A DNA stretch of 64,000 nt from Rubrivivax sp. GTDB taxonomy: Bacteria > Pseudomonadota > Gammaproteobacteria > Burkholderiales > Burkholderiaceae_C. The DNA lies in NCBI GenBank assembly GCA_027485165.1, contig JAIXRN010000050.1, positions 3,266-67,265 of the forward strand, in the 5' to 3' direction. Both the position numbers and the translations under genes were made by a program. Of this stretch, positions 44,987 to 54,180 are shown piece after piece. Each line of letters begins with the position of its first letter. Within the stretch, counting starts at the first letter, position 1. The notes under the pieces were generated by a model. It was not told the DNA's origin. It did not search any database and saw only the letters and a list, made by a program, of their open reading frames with translations.

Positions 44987-46324
44987 ATGCGCCTTGTCCC
45001 TCTCGTCAGCGCTGCCATCGCCACCGCCTGTCTGTCGGTTTCCGTCGCCCAGGCCGCCCCCACCTGGATCACGATCGGCGAAAAGCCTTACCTGCAGCTG
45101 CTGAAGGTGGCCCCCGAAGTGCGCGCCGTGGCCAGCCGCCGCGTGCCGGTGATGAAGCCCGAACTGCGCGGCAGCAGCACCCTGGTGCAGGGCGCCGAAT
45201 CGGTCTACGCCGTGCAGGTGGATGACGAGGTGCTCGACCAGCTGTCGGAAGCCGTGCACCGCGAACTGCACCGCTGCGGCAGCTATGTGCGGCATGCATC
45301 CGAAGCCGAGGCCCTGGCCGTGCTGCACCGCCTGACGACGCCGGTCGCGCCCCAGCGCCTGCCCAGCTACGCAGTGGACAACCCCGAGCTGGTGAACCCG
45401 CGGCTGCCGCTGATGCAGGCCAGCAACATCCTGTCCACCATTACCCAGCTGCAGTCGTTCCAGAACCGCCGCCACAACAGCAGCCACGGCGCGAACGCGT
45501 CGAACTGGATCTTCAGCCAGTGGCAGGCGCTTAACCCTGGCAACCGCCGCGACGTGCGCGTGACGCAGACCACGCACACCACCACGCCACAGAAGTCGGT
45601 GGAATTCAACATCACCGGTTCGGGCAACAGCGGCGAGACCATCGTGCTGGGCGCGCACCTGGACAGTATCAACGGCGGCAGCAGCACGGCCGAGACCCAG
45701 CGCGCGCCGGGCGCCGACGACGACGCCAGCGGCGTGGCTTCGCTGACCGAAATCATCCGCGTGATGATGGCCAGCGGCTACACCCCCAAGCGCAACATCC
45801 GCTTCATCGCCTATGCGGCGGAAGAAGTGGGGCTGGTGGGTTCCCGCGCCATCGTCGCTGCGCTGCCCGGCCGGCGCGACAGGACCGTGGGCGTGCTGCA
45901 GCTGGACATGACGGCCTTCCAGGGCGACGCCACCGACCTGTGGATCTACACCGACTTCACCAACGCGTCGCAGAACCAGTTCCTGGCCAGCCTGGCCGCG
46001 ACTTACCTGCCCACGCTGACGGTGGGCTACGACTTCTGCGGCTACGGCTGTTCCGACCACGCCAGCTGGCACAACGCCGGCTACCCGGCGTCGTTCCCGT
46101 TCGAGGCCAGCGACGCCACGTTCAACTTCTCGCTGCACACCGTTAACGACACCACGGCCACGTTCGGCAACCAGGCTGACCATGCGCTGAAGTTCGCCCG
46201 TCTGGGCCTGGCCTACGCCATCGAACTGGCCAGCGACGGCACCCCGGCCGCCGCGGTGACGGGCGTGGCACCGGCAGTCCGCACCGCCACGGCAGCCGCC
46301 CCGACGCCGGCGCGCACGCGCTGA
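44987..46324 (+). CDS. Secreted M28 leucyl aminopeptidase
   Basis: Signal and propeptide; GAHLDS, GADDDASG, AAEEVG, QLDM and SDH Zn-ligand motifs. Confidence 0.92.
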   Translation: MRLVPLVSAAIATACLSVSVAQAAPTWITIGEKPYLQLLKVAPEVRAVASRRVPVMKPELRGSSTLVQGAESVYAVQVDDEVLDQLSEAVHRELHRCGSYVRHASEAEALAVLHRLTTPVAPQRLPSYAVDNPELVNPRLPLMQASNILSTITQLQSFQNRRHNSSHGANASNWIFSQWQALNPGNRRDVRVTQTTHTTTPQKSVEFNITGSGNSGETIVLGAHLDSINGGSSTAETQRAPGADDDASGVASLTEIIRVMMASGYTPKRNIRFIAYAAEEVGLVGSRAIVAALPGRRDRTVGVLQLDMTAFQGDATDLWIYTDFTNASQNQFLASLAATYLPTLTVGYDFCGYGCSDHASWHNAGYPASFPFEASDATFNFSLHTVNDTTATFGNQADHALKFARLGLAYAIELASDGTPAAAVTGVAPAVRTATAAAPTPARTR

Positions 46325-46385
46325 CCAGCCGCCGGCCGGCCACGGCCCGGCCCACAGGCCGGCACGCTAGCCGGTGGAAGGCCGC

Positions 46386-49364
46386 TCAGCGGCCCTGCAG
46401 CACCAGGCGCACGGCGCTGGCCACGTCCAGCGCCAGGCCCTGATGCCACAGGGCTTCGCAACGCTGCGCACCGATCTGCCGCGTCACCACGCCGCGCAGC
46501 CGGCGGATGTGGCGTTCGTCTTCCTGCACCAGCGGGCCGAACTGGCGGGTCCAGAAGACCGAGGCAAAGGCCATCAGCTGCACGGCCGCTTCAGGTTGGC
46601 CCAGCCGCGCCAGCACCCGCGGCGGGTTCCACAGCGCGTAGGCCAGGCCGTGGCGGAACCAGCGCTGCCAGCACAGCGCCAGGCAGCGGCGGTTGGCGTC
46701 CAGGGCGGCCTGCCACTGGCGCTGCTGGGCCAGCAGTTCGGCCATCGAGATGAGGCTGTCGATCTGCCCGATCCAGTCGCCTTCTGCCAGCGCCACCTGT
46801 TCGCACTGGCGGTAGGCGGCCATGGCTTCGGCGCTGCGCCCCAGCTGGCGCCAGCACTGGGCGCGGTTGCGCAGCCGCGCGTGCGCCCGACGCCGGTCGC
46901 CCAGCGCCAGCCACAGCGCCTGGGCCTGGGCGAACAGGGCTTCAGCCCCGGCCACGTCAGCGCCGGCTGCGCTGGCGTGCACATGGCCGGCCAGCACGCC
47001 CAGCTGCTGCAGCGCCAGCGCCTGCGCGGCCAGATCGCCGCTGGTGCGGGCCAGGTCCAGGGCTTCCTGCAGTTGCGCGCGCACCTGCGCGTGCTGCGGC
47101 GTGGCGCGGTCGGCAGCGCGGCCGGCCGCGATGTCCACCCAGGCCCGGCGCACCAGCGCGCGCGCCCGCGGCGCGGGTGCGCTACCGGCAGCGGCCAGAG
47201 CGGCGTCGGCATGCGCGCGCGCCTCGGCCACGAAGCCGGTGCCAAAGCGCAGATAGGCCAGCAGTTCGTGCGCGTCGGCGCGCAGCGGGTCGGCCGCGGG
47301 CAAGGTGCGCAGCGCGCTTTCCAGCGCCAGCAGCAGGCGCACCGGCAGGGCGTCGTGGTCGAAATGCGCGCGCAAGCTCACGGCCAGCTGTACCGCCTGG
47401 CGCGGCGCGCCATCCGCTTCGGCACTGGCCAGCATGGCGTGCACATGCGCCAGTTCGGGCGCCACGCGCGCCGGGCTGGGCAGTGGGCCCAGGTCGGCCG
47501 CCCAGCCCAGCAGCCAGTCGCGCAGCCGCGCACGCAGCGCAGCCGCCTGCGCGCCCGCGTGCTGCAGCGCAAATTCGCGCACGGGCTCGACGATGTCGAA
47601 GCGGGCGCTGTCGCTGGCACCGTCCAGCGGCCCCGATACGACCGCCCCGCCGCCCGTCGGGCTGCCCGAGGCCACGCGCACCAGCGAATGGTCGACCAGC
47701 GCGTCCAGCCGCGCCGCAGCCTGCGCCAGCGGGCTGGCCGTCACGGCGGCCACGGCGGCGGCGCTGGCGCTGCTGCCCATCACCGCCAGGGCTGTCAGGG
47801 TGTGCTGGCTGGCCGGGTCCAGCAGCTGCCAGCTCCAGGCGATGACCTGGGTCATCGACGCGTGGCGCGGGTCCAGCGCCGACCGCGCCCCGCCGCGTTC
47901 CAGCAGGCTCAGCTGGCCACCGCCGGCCGGCAGCGACAGCAGGCGCAGCAGTTCGGCTGGCGGAAAGCTGCGCACGCGCGAAGCCGCCAGCTCGATGGCC
48001 AGTGGCAGCCCGTGCAGCAGCCGCACCAGGCCGATGACAGCGGCACAGTGCCGTTCGGTGAGATGGAATTCGCTGCGCACCGCGCGCGCGCGGTCGGCAA
48101 ACAGGGCCACCGCCGGGTTGGCGGCGGCCTCGGCCAGGCCGCCCTCTTCGGGCGGCAGGGCCAGGGGCTCGGCCTGGAACAGCACTTCGCCGTCCAGCCC
48201 CAGGCGGCGGCGCGACGTCACCAAGATGCGCAGCTGCGGCAGCAGGGTCAGCAGCTCGGCCACCACGCTTTCGGCCCGGCCCACCAGCTGTTCAAAGTTG
48301 TCCAGCACCAGCAGCACGCGCAACCCCGACAGCGCAGCCTGCACGGCTTCGGGCCGGTCGGCACCGGGCAGGCGCAGCGCATGGGCGATGGCGTCCAGCA
48401 GCTGCGGCGCGTCCTGGCAGCCCACCAGGGACACGAAGGCCACGGCGTCGAAGCCCGCTGCTGCGACGCTGCCGCCGTCGGCCGGCCAAGACGGCGGGTG
48501 GCGCAGAGCCTGGGCCACTTCCACGCCCAGGCGGGTCTTGCCGCTGCCGCCCGGGCCCAGCAGGCTGACCAGGCGGTGCTGCAGCACCAGGGCGCGCAGC
48601 CGCGCGGTGGCCAGCTCGGCACCGAACAGCCGGGTCAGGTAGGCCGGCAACGGCGGGCCGACCGGGCTGTGGGGCAGGCTGGCCGAAGCGGCGGCCGGGG
48701 CCATCGAAGCGAGGGGGACTGCTGAAGCGGCCGAAGCGGCTGAAGCTGTGGAAGCCGCCGAAGCTGCTGAAGTGACTGAAGCGCCGGTGGCAGCGGAAGC
48801 CGAAGCGGAAGCGACCGCGCCAGCGGAAGGCAGCCGGCGCTGGTCGATCTGTTCGGCCAGCCCGGCCAGGCGCTGGCGTTCGGTCTCGATCCAGTCCCCG
48901 TAATGCCCGGGCATCAGCTCACCGCCATACAGCGCCGCCGCCTCGTCGGCCTGGCCGGCGCGGGCCAGGCGCTCGAAGCGCAGCACGTCGCAATCCAGCG
49001 CCCCGGGCGCCACGCGCACGTAGACGCGGTCGGCCAGCAGCACCCGGCTGCCGGGCTGGTGCGCGGGCTCGAGCAAGCTCTTCAGCGTCGACAAGGCCTG
49101 GCGCAGCCGGTTGCGGCCCACATCGGGCGCAGCGCCCGGCCACAGCAGTTCGGCCAGTTCTTCGCGCGCGTGGGCACGGCCGGGTGCCATCGCCAGCCTG
49201 GCCAGCAGCGCCGCCACGGCGCGCGACGGGAAACGGTCGAGGGTCTGGACGCCGTCGTGCGCACGCACGCCACCCAGCAGGCTGACCATCCAGCGCGCTT
49301 CGCCCTGCACGGCAGCAGCGCTGGCCGGGGCCTGGCGGAAGGGGGCGGGCGCCTGTGGGGGCAT
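46386..49364 (-). CDS. AfsR/SARP-like regulator (wHTH-BTAD-NB-ARC/STAND-TPR)
   Basis: LLARLA...REELAELLWP...RLRQALSTL (wHTH), LYGGELMPG..W (BTAD), GPGGSGKTRL, LVLDNFE, LHGLPLAIELAA and TPR-like tail. Confidence 0.88.
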   Translation of the reverse strand: MPPQAPAPFRQAPASAAAVQGEARWMVSLLGGVRAHDGVQTLDRFPSRAVAALLARLAMAPGRAHAREELAELLWPGAAPDVGRNRLRQALSTLKSLLEPAHQPGSRVLLADRVYVRVAPGALDCDVLRFERLARAGQADEAAALYGGELMPGHYGDWIETERQRLAGLAEQIDQRRLPSAGAVASASASAATGASVTSAASAASTASAASAASAVPLASMAPAAASASLPHSPVGPPLPAYLTRLFGAELATARLRALVLQHRLVSLLGPGGSGKTRLGVEVAQALRHPPSWPADGGSVAAAGFDAVAFVSLVGCQDAPQLLDAIAHALRLPGADRPEAVQAALSGLRVLLVLDNFEQLVGRAESVVAELLTLLPQLRILVTSRRRLGLDGEVLFQAEPLALPPEEGGLAEAAANPAVALFADRARAVRSEFHLTERHCAAVIGLVRLLHGLPLAIELAASRVRSFPPAELLRLLSLPAGGGQLSLLERGGARSALDPRHASMTQVIAWSWQLLDPASQHTLTALAVMGSSASAAAVAAVTASPLAQAAARLDALVDHSLVRVASGSPTGGGAVVSGPLDGASDSARFDIVEPVREFALQHAGAQAAALRARLRDWLLGWAADLGPLPSPARVAPELAHVHAMLASAEADGAPRQAVQLAVSLRAHFDHDALPVRLLLALESALRTLPAADPLRADAHELLAYLRFGTGFVAEARAHADAALAAAGSAPAPRARALVRRAWVDIAAGRAADRATPQHAQVRAQLQEALDLARTSGDLAAQALALQQLGVLAGHVHASAAGADVAGAEALFAQAQALWLALGDRRRAHARLRNRAQCWRQLGRSAEAMAAYRQCEQVALAEGDWIGQIDSLISMAELLAQQRQWQAALDANRRCLALCWQRWFRHGLAYALWNPPRVLARLGQPEAAVQLMAFASVFWTRQFGPLVQEDERHIRRLRGVVTRQIGAQRCEALWHQGLALDVASAVRLVLQGR
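48718..48812 (-). repeat. Degenerate 9-bp repeats encoding a Ser/Ala linker
   Basis: Seven consecutive NNNGAAGNN units from 48721 to 48783 encode SAA/STA repeats between BTAD and NB-ARC. Confidence 0.8.
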
Positions 49365-49563
49365 GGTGCTGCAGTCTAGGCGCGCGATGCAACGGGGTGG
49401 CGCCCCCACTGGGGGCGGCAGGGCAGGCGGCCACCCGGCCGGGGGGTGCGGGCATGGCGCCGGTACAGGGGGCCCGCTATCGAATGTCCTGATGCCCTGG
49501 GCGTCAGCTTGGCGTCAGAATGCGTTTTCCACAGGTTCCCCAGGCCTGCCAACCCCCCACGGG

Positions 49564-51228
49564 ATGAACACACCCCTCGCAGACCTGCACAGCGGCCCGC
49601 AAACCCTGTCAGCCATGTTGGCCGACAGCTGCCGGCGCTGGCCCACGCGCCCGGCACTCACCTGCCTGTGGCGCAGCCTGAGCTACGCCGAACTAGACGC
49701 CGAATCGCTGGCCCTGGCCGGCTGGCTGCAGGCCCGCGGCTTGCAGCGCGGCGACCGCGTGGCCGTGATGCTGCCCAACCTGCCGCAGCTGCCGGTAGCC
49801 GTGGCGGCGGTGCTGCGCGCCGGCATGGTGCTGGTGAACATCGCGCCGCAGTGCGCGGCTGCCGACCTGGAATTCCTGCTGAAGGACGCCGGCGCACGCG
49901 CCGTGATCGCCATCGACGAAGCCCTGCCCACGCTGTGCGAGGTACAGCACCGCCTGCCCATCAAGCACCTGGTCATCACCACACCCGGCGACCTGCTGGG
50001 CGCCCTGCGCGGGCGCTGGGTCAACCACCGCCGGCCCGTCTTCCATGCCCAAGCGCAGGCGGCGAGCAGCCCGCAGGCCCTGCCGGGCACAGAAAGCTTT
50101 CGCGAGGCGCTGGACCAAGGCCGCAAAGCCGGCTTCCGGGCAGTGGATGTGGCGCCTGACGACATCGCGCTGCTGCAGTACACGTCCGGCACCACCGGCC
50201 GGCCGCTGGGGGCGGTGCTGCTGCACCGGCAGATCGTGGCCAACCTGGCGCAGTGCCAGTCCTGGTTCGAACCCGCGCTGCGCCGCCTGCCGCCCCAGCA
50301 GGCCCTGGTGACGGCCTGCGCCCTGCCCCTGCACCACATCTACGGCTTCAGCGTGGCGCTGATGTTCACGCTGCGGCTGGGCGGCTGCGCCCTGCTGCTG
50401 CCGCACCCCGAAGACACCGCCGCCACGCTGAAGGCGCTGGCGCAGCACCCGGTGCATTGCCTGCCGGGCACCGACGCGCTGTTCCTGGCGCTGGCCAGCC
50501 ACCCGGCCTGTGCCAGCGTGGACTGGTCTGGCCTGCGGCTGGCGGTGGGGGGCAGCACGCCCGTGCAGCAGGCCACCGCGCAGCTGTGGCAGCAGCGCAC
50601 CGGCAGCGCGCTCTGCGAAGGCTACGGGCTGACCGAGACCAGCCCGGTTGTGACCTGCAACCCGGTCGACGCGCCAACCTGGACGGGCAGCATCGGCCTG
50701 CCCCTGCCCGGCACCGAACTGCGCCTGCTGGACGACCAGGGTCAGGCCGTGGACCCGGGCATGGCTGGCGAAATCGCCGTGCGCGGGCCGCAGGTCATGG
50801 CCGGCTACTGGCAGCGCCCCGAAGCCACGGCGCGCGTGATGACCGCCGACGGCTTCTTCCGCACCGGCGACATCGGCGTGCTGGACGACGCCGGCCAGCT
50901 GCGCCTGGTCGACCGCAAGCGCGACACCATCTTCGTCAGCGGCTTCAACGTCTACCCCAGCGAAGTGGAAGGCGTGGTGACGCAGCTGCCCGGCGTGGCC
51001 GAATGTGCCGCCGTGGCCCTGCGCGACGCGCGCGTGGGCGAAGCCGTGAGGCTGGTGGTGGTGAAAGCCGACCCCAGCAGCAGCTACCCCAGCGAAGCCG
51101 ACGTGCGCGCGCACTGCGAAGCGCACCTGAGCGGCCACAAGCGCCCGCGCCTGGTGGAATTCCGCGCCACCCTGCCCAAGACGCCGGCCGGCAAGCTGCT
51201 GCGCCGCGCGCTGCGCGAACAGAGCTGA
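49564..51228 (+). CDS. Long-chain acyl-CoA synthetase-like AMP-binding enzyme
   Basis: YTSGTTGRPLG, EGYGLTETSP, FRTGD, VSGFNVYPSEVE and PKTPAGKLLRR motifs. Confidence 0.9.
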   Translation: MNTPLADLHSGPQTLSAMLADSCRRWPTRPALTCLWRSLSYAELDAESLALAGWLQARGLQRGDRVAVMLPNLPQLPVAVAAVLRAGMVLVNIAPQCAAADLEFLLKDAGARAVIAIDEALPTLCEVQHRLPIKHLVITTPGDLLGALRGRWVNHRRPVFHAQAQAASSPQALPGTESFREALDQGRKAGFRAVDVAPDDIALLQYTSGTTGRPLGAVLLHRQIVANLAQCQSWFEPALRRLPPQQALVTACALPLHHIYGFSVALMFTLRLGGCALLLPHPEDTAATLKALAQHPVHCLPGTDALFLALASHPACASVDWSGLRLAVGGSTPVQQATAQLWQQRTGSALCEGYGLTETSPVVTCNPVDAPTWTGSIGLPLPGTELRLLDDQGQAVDPGMAGEIAVRGPQVMAGYWQRPEATARVMTADGFFRTGDIGVLDDAGQLRLVDRKRDTIFVSGFNVYPSEVEGVVTQLPGVAECAAVALRDARVGEAVRLVVVKADPSSSYPSEADVRAHCEAHLSGHKRPRLVEFRATLPKTPAGKLLRRALREQS

Positions 51229-51287
51229 ACCCCGCCACGGCCGCTGCGCCGGGCCGCCCCTGGCCCGGCCCGGCTAGAGTGCAGCCC

Positions 51288-52625
51288 ATGCTGCCCACCA
51301 TCGCCGACCTGCGCCGCCGCCTGACCGCACCCGGCAGCCACGAACAGCTGCTGGACGAGGTGCTGGCGCGGGCGCGTGAACCCGCTGCCGCGCATGTCTT
51401 CACCGCGCTGTTTGAAGACCAGGCCCGTGCCGCCGCGCGCGCCGCCGACGCCGCGCTGGCGCGGGGCGAGACCCTGGCGCCACTGGCAGGGCTACCGGTG
51501 TCGGTGAAGGGCTTGTTCGACGTCGCCGGGCACGTAACGCTGGCGGGTTCGCGGCTGCTGCGCGACGAGCCCCCGGCAGTGCAGGACGCCGCTGTCGTCG
51601 CGCGGCTGCGTGCAGCCGGCGCGGCGCTGCTAGGCCACAGCAACCTGACGGAATTCGCCTTTTCGGGCGTGGGCATCAACCCGCACCACGGCACGCCGCG
51701 CAACCCGGCTGATGCGGCGCTGGCGCGCATCCCCGGCGGGTCGTCCTCGGGCGCGGCGGTGTCGGTGGCCCTGGGCCTGGCGGTGGCGGGCCTGGGGTCG
51801 GACACCGGCGGGTCGATCCGCGTTCCCGCTGCCTTGTGCGGCCTGGTGGGCTTCAAGAACACCGCCGCGCGCACGCCGCTGAACGGAGCCTTCCCCTTGT
51901 CCTTTACCCTGGACACCGCCTGCGCGATGGCGCGCAGCGTGGCCGACTGCATCGCGGTGGACGCCGTGCTGGCGGCCCAGCTGCCGCTGGCGCAAGCGCC
52001 ACGCAGCATGGTCGGCCTGCGCCTGGCCCTGCCGCAGACCCTGGTGCTGGACGCGCTGGAAGCGCCGGTGGCGCGGGCCTTCGAACGCGCGCTGTCGCGG
52101 CTATCGGCCGCCGGGGCGCAGATCGTGCCGCTGCCGCTGGCCGAATTCGGCGAGATCGCCGACATCAACCAGCCCGGCGGCTTTTCTGCGGTGGAAGCCT
52201 GGGCCACGCACGAACCGGCCCTGCGCACGCGCCGCGCCGAATTCGACCCGCGCGTGGCCAGCCGCATCGCCCCGGGCGAGGGCGTGACAGCGGCCGACTA
52301 CATCCGCATGCGCCAGCGCCGGCAGGCCTGGGTGAGCCGCGTCACCGCGCGGCTGGCGGGCTTCGACGCTTACGTCTGCCCCACCGTGCCCATCGTCGCC
52401 CCGCCCCTGCAGCCGCTGGTGGACAGCGACGAGGCCTTCTTTGCCGCCAACCGGCTGCTGCTGCGCAATACCTTCACCACCAACTTCCTGGACGGCTGCG
52501 CCTTCAGCCTGCCGTGCCAGGCCGCAGGCGAACTGCCCGTGGGACTGATGCTGGCCGCCCCTGGCGGGCACGACGCCGCGCTGGCCGCCACCGCCCTGGC
52601 GGTGGAAGCCACGCTGGCCGACTGA
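51288..52625 (+). CDS. Amidase signature family protein
   Basis: PVSVKGLFD, GGSSSG and GSDTGGSIRVPAALCG. Confidence 0.92.
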   Translation: MLPTIADLRRRLTAPGSHEQLLDEVLARAREPAAAHVFTALFEDQARAAARAADAALARGETLAPLAGLPVSVKGLFDVAGHVTLAGSRLLRDEPPAVQDAAVVARLRAAGAALLGHSNLTEFAFSGVGINPHHGTPRNPADAALARIPGGSSSGAAVSVALGLAVAGLGSDTGGSIRVPAALCGLVGFKNTAARTPLNGAFPLSFTLDTACAMARSVADCIAVDAVLAAQLPLAQAPRSMVGLRLALPQTLVLDALEAPVARAFERALSRLSAAGAQIVPLPLAEFGEIADINQPGGFSAVEAWATHEPALRTRRAEFDPRVASRIAPGEGVTAADYIRMRQRRQAWVSRVTARLAGFDAYVCPTVPIVAPPLQPLVDSDEAFFAANRLLLRNTFTTNFLDGCAFSLPCQAAGELPVGLMLAAPGGHDAALAATALAVEATLAD

Positions 52626-52639
52626 AGAGCAGGCCGCCG

Positions 52640-53428
52640 ATGCGCTTTTTCGTGCCCGGCCCGCTGCAGGCCGACACCGACCTGGCCCTGCCGCCCGGCG
52701 CGGCCCGCCACGCCCAGGTGCGGCGGGTACAGCCGGGCAGCGCGCTGTGGCTGTTCGACGGCCGGGGCTGCGACTGGCCGGCCCAGGTGCTGCGCGTGGG
52801 CCGCAGCAGCGTGGACGTGCATGTGGGCCAGCCCCAGCCCGTGGCCACCGAAGGGCCCGTGGCCGTGCACCTGGCAGTGGGCATGCCGGCCAACGAACGC
52901 ATGGACACCGTGGTGGAAAAGGCCACCGAACTGGGCGTGGCCGGCGTGCAGCCCCTGCTGTGCGAACGCGCCGTGCTGCGCCTGGCCGGCGAGCGCGCCG
53001 AGCGCAAGCGCGAACACTGGCAGGCCGTGGCCGAAGCCGCGTGTGAACAAAGCGGCCGGGCCCGCGTGCCGGCCATCGCGTCCGTGCTGGCATTGCCGGC
53101 CTGGCTGGCTGGCCTGCCCAAGGCTGCGGCCCCCGCCAGCGCCACCCTGCGCCTGGTGCTCAGCCTGCGCACGGACGCCCTGCCCTTGGCCGCTGGCGTG
53201 CAGGCCTCGGGCTGGGCGCTGCCTTCGGTGCCCGGGCCCGCCCCAGGCGCCGTGGTGCTGGCACTGAGCGGCCCGGAAGGCGGCCTGGCCGCGGCCGAAG
53301 AAGACGCCGCCCGCGCCGCAGGCTTCCTGCCCGTGAGCCTGGGGCCGCGCACGCTGCGCGCCGATACCGCACCCCTGGCCCTGCTGGCATGGTTTTCACT
53401 GGCTGGCAACGGGCCGAGGGTGGGCTGA
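52640..53428 (+). CDS. rsmE: 16S rRNA m3U1498 methyltransferase
   Basis: HAQVRRVQPG, VEKATELGV, EAACEQSGR, GPEGGL and LGPRTLRADTA motifs. Confidence 0.93.
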   Translation: MRFFVPGPLQADTDLALPPGAARHAQVRRVQPGSALWLFDGRGCDWPAQVLRVGRSSVDVHVGQPQPVATEGPVAVHLAVGMPANERMDTVVEKATELGVAGVQPLLCERAVLRLAGERAERKREHWQAVAEAACEQSGRARVPAIASVLALPAWLAGLPKAAAPASATLRLVLSLRTDALPLAAGVQASGWALPSVPGPAPGAVVLALSGPEGGLAAAEEDAARAAGFLPVSLGPRTLRADTAPLALLAWFSLAGNGPRVG

Positions 53429-53528
53429 CAAAGCCGGCCTCAACGCCGAAACTCACCGATGTTCGCTGACACTCGCCGACATGCGCCGGCACGGTTTGCC
53501 AGCCTTTCTTCACCAACAGGAGTTGCAC

Positions 53529-54131
53529 ATGGGTTTGCTCGATTCGGTCATTGGTGCCCTGGGTTCGCAGGCTGGCGGTAACGGGGCAGGCGGCGGCGGG
53601 GGCAACACCCAGGCCGTGCTGGTGCAGGCCATCCTGGGCATGTTGATGCAAGGCGGCGGCGCCAGCGCGCAAGGCGGCGGTGGGCTGGGCGGCCTGGGGG
53701 CCATGCTGGGCGGCTTGGGCGGTGGTGGGCAAGGCGCAGGCGGTGGCTTGGGCGGGCTGGGGGCCATCCTGGGCGGCCTGGCGCAGTCGGGCGGCGGCCA
53801 GGGCAACCCAGGGAACTTGGGCGGAGGCCTGGGCGCCCTGCTGGAACAGTTCAGCCGCGCGGGCCTGGGCGACGCCGCGCAAAGCTGGGTGGGCACAGGC
53901 CAGAACCAGCCCGTGTCACCCGACCAGATCTCGCAGGTCTTCGGCGGCGACACCATCGCCCAGCTGGCCCAGCAGCTGGGCCTGGCACCTGGCGAAGTGG
54001 CCGGCCAGATGAGCCAGCTGCTGCCCGAGGTGGTGGACCGCCTCACCCCCAGCGGCCAGATCCCCCAGGGCAACGACCTGGCGGCGCTGGGCAACATCGA
54101 CGGCCTGCTGAACGGTCTGCTGCGGCGCTGA
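53529..54131 (+). CDS. YidB/DUF937 family protein with a Gly-rich insertion
   Basis: MGLLDSV, GGLGALLEQF..AGLG...SWVGTGQNQPVS and LLPEVVDRLTPSG. Confidence 0.85.
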   Translation: MGLLDSVIGALGSQAGGNGAGGGGGNTQAVLVQAILGMLMQGGGASAQGGGGLGGLGAMLGGLGGGGQGAGGGLGGLGAILGGLAQSGGGQGNPGNLGGGLGALLEQFSRAGLGDAAQSWVGTGQNQPVSPDQISQVFGGDTIAQLAQQLGLAPGEVAGQMSQLLPEVVDRLTPSGQIPQGNDLAALGNIDGLLNGLLRR

Positions 54132-54180
54132 GCGCGGCGCCTTCGCCCGCCACGACATCCACCAGCAGAAGACCGCCGCC

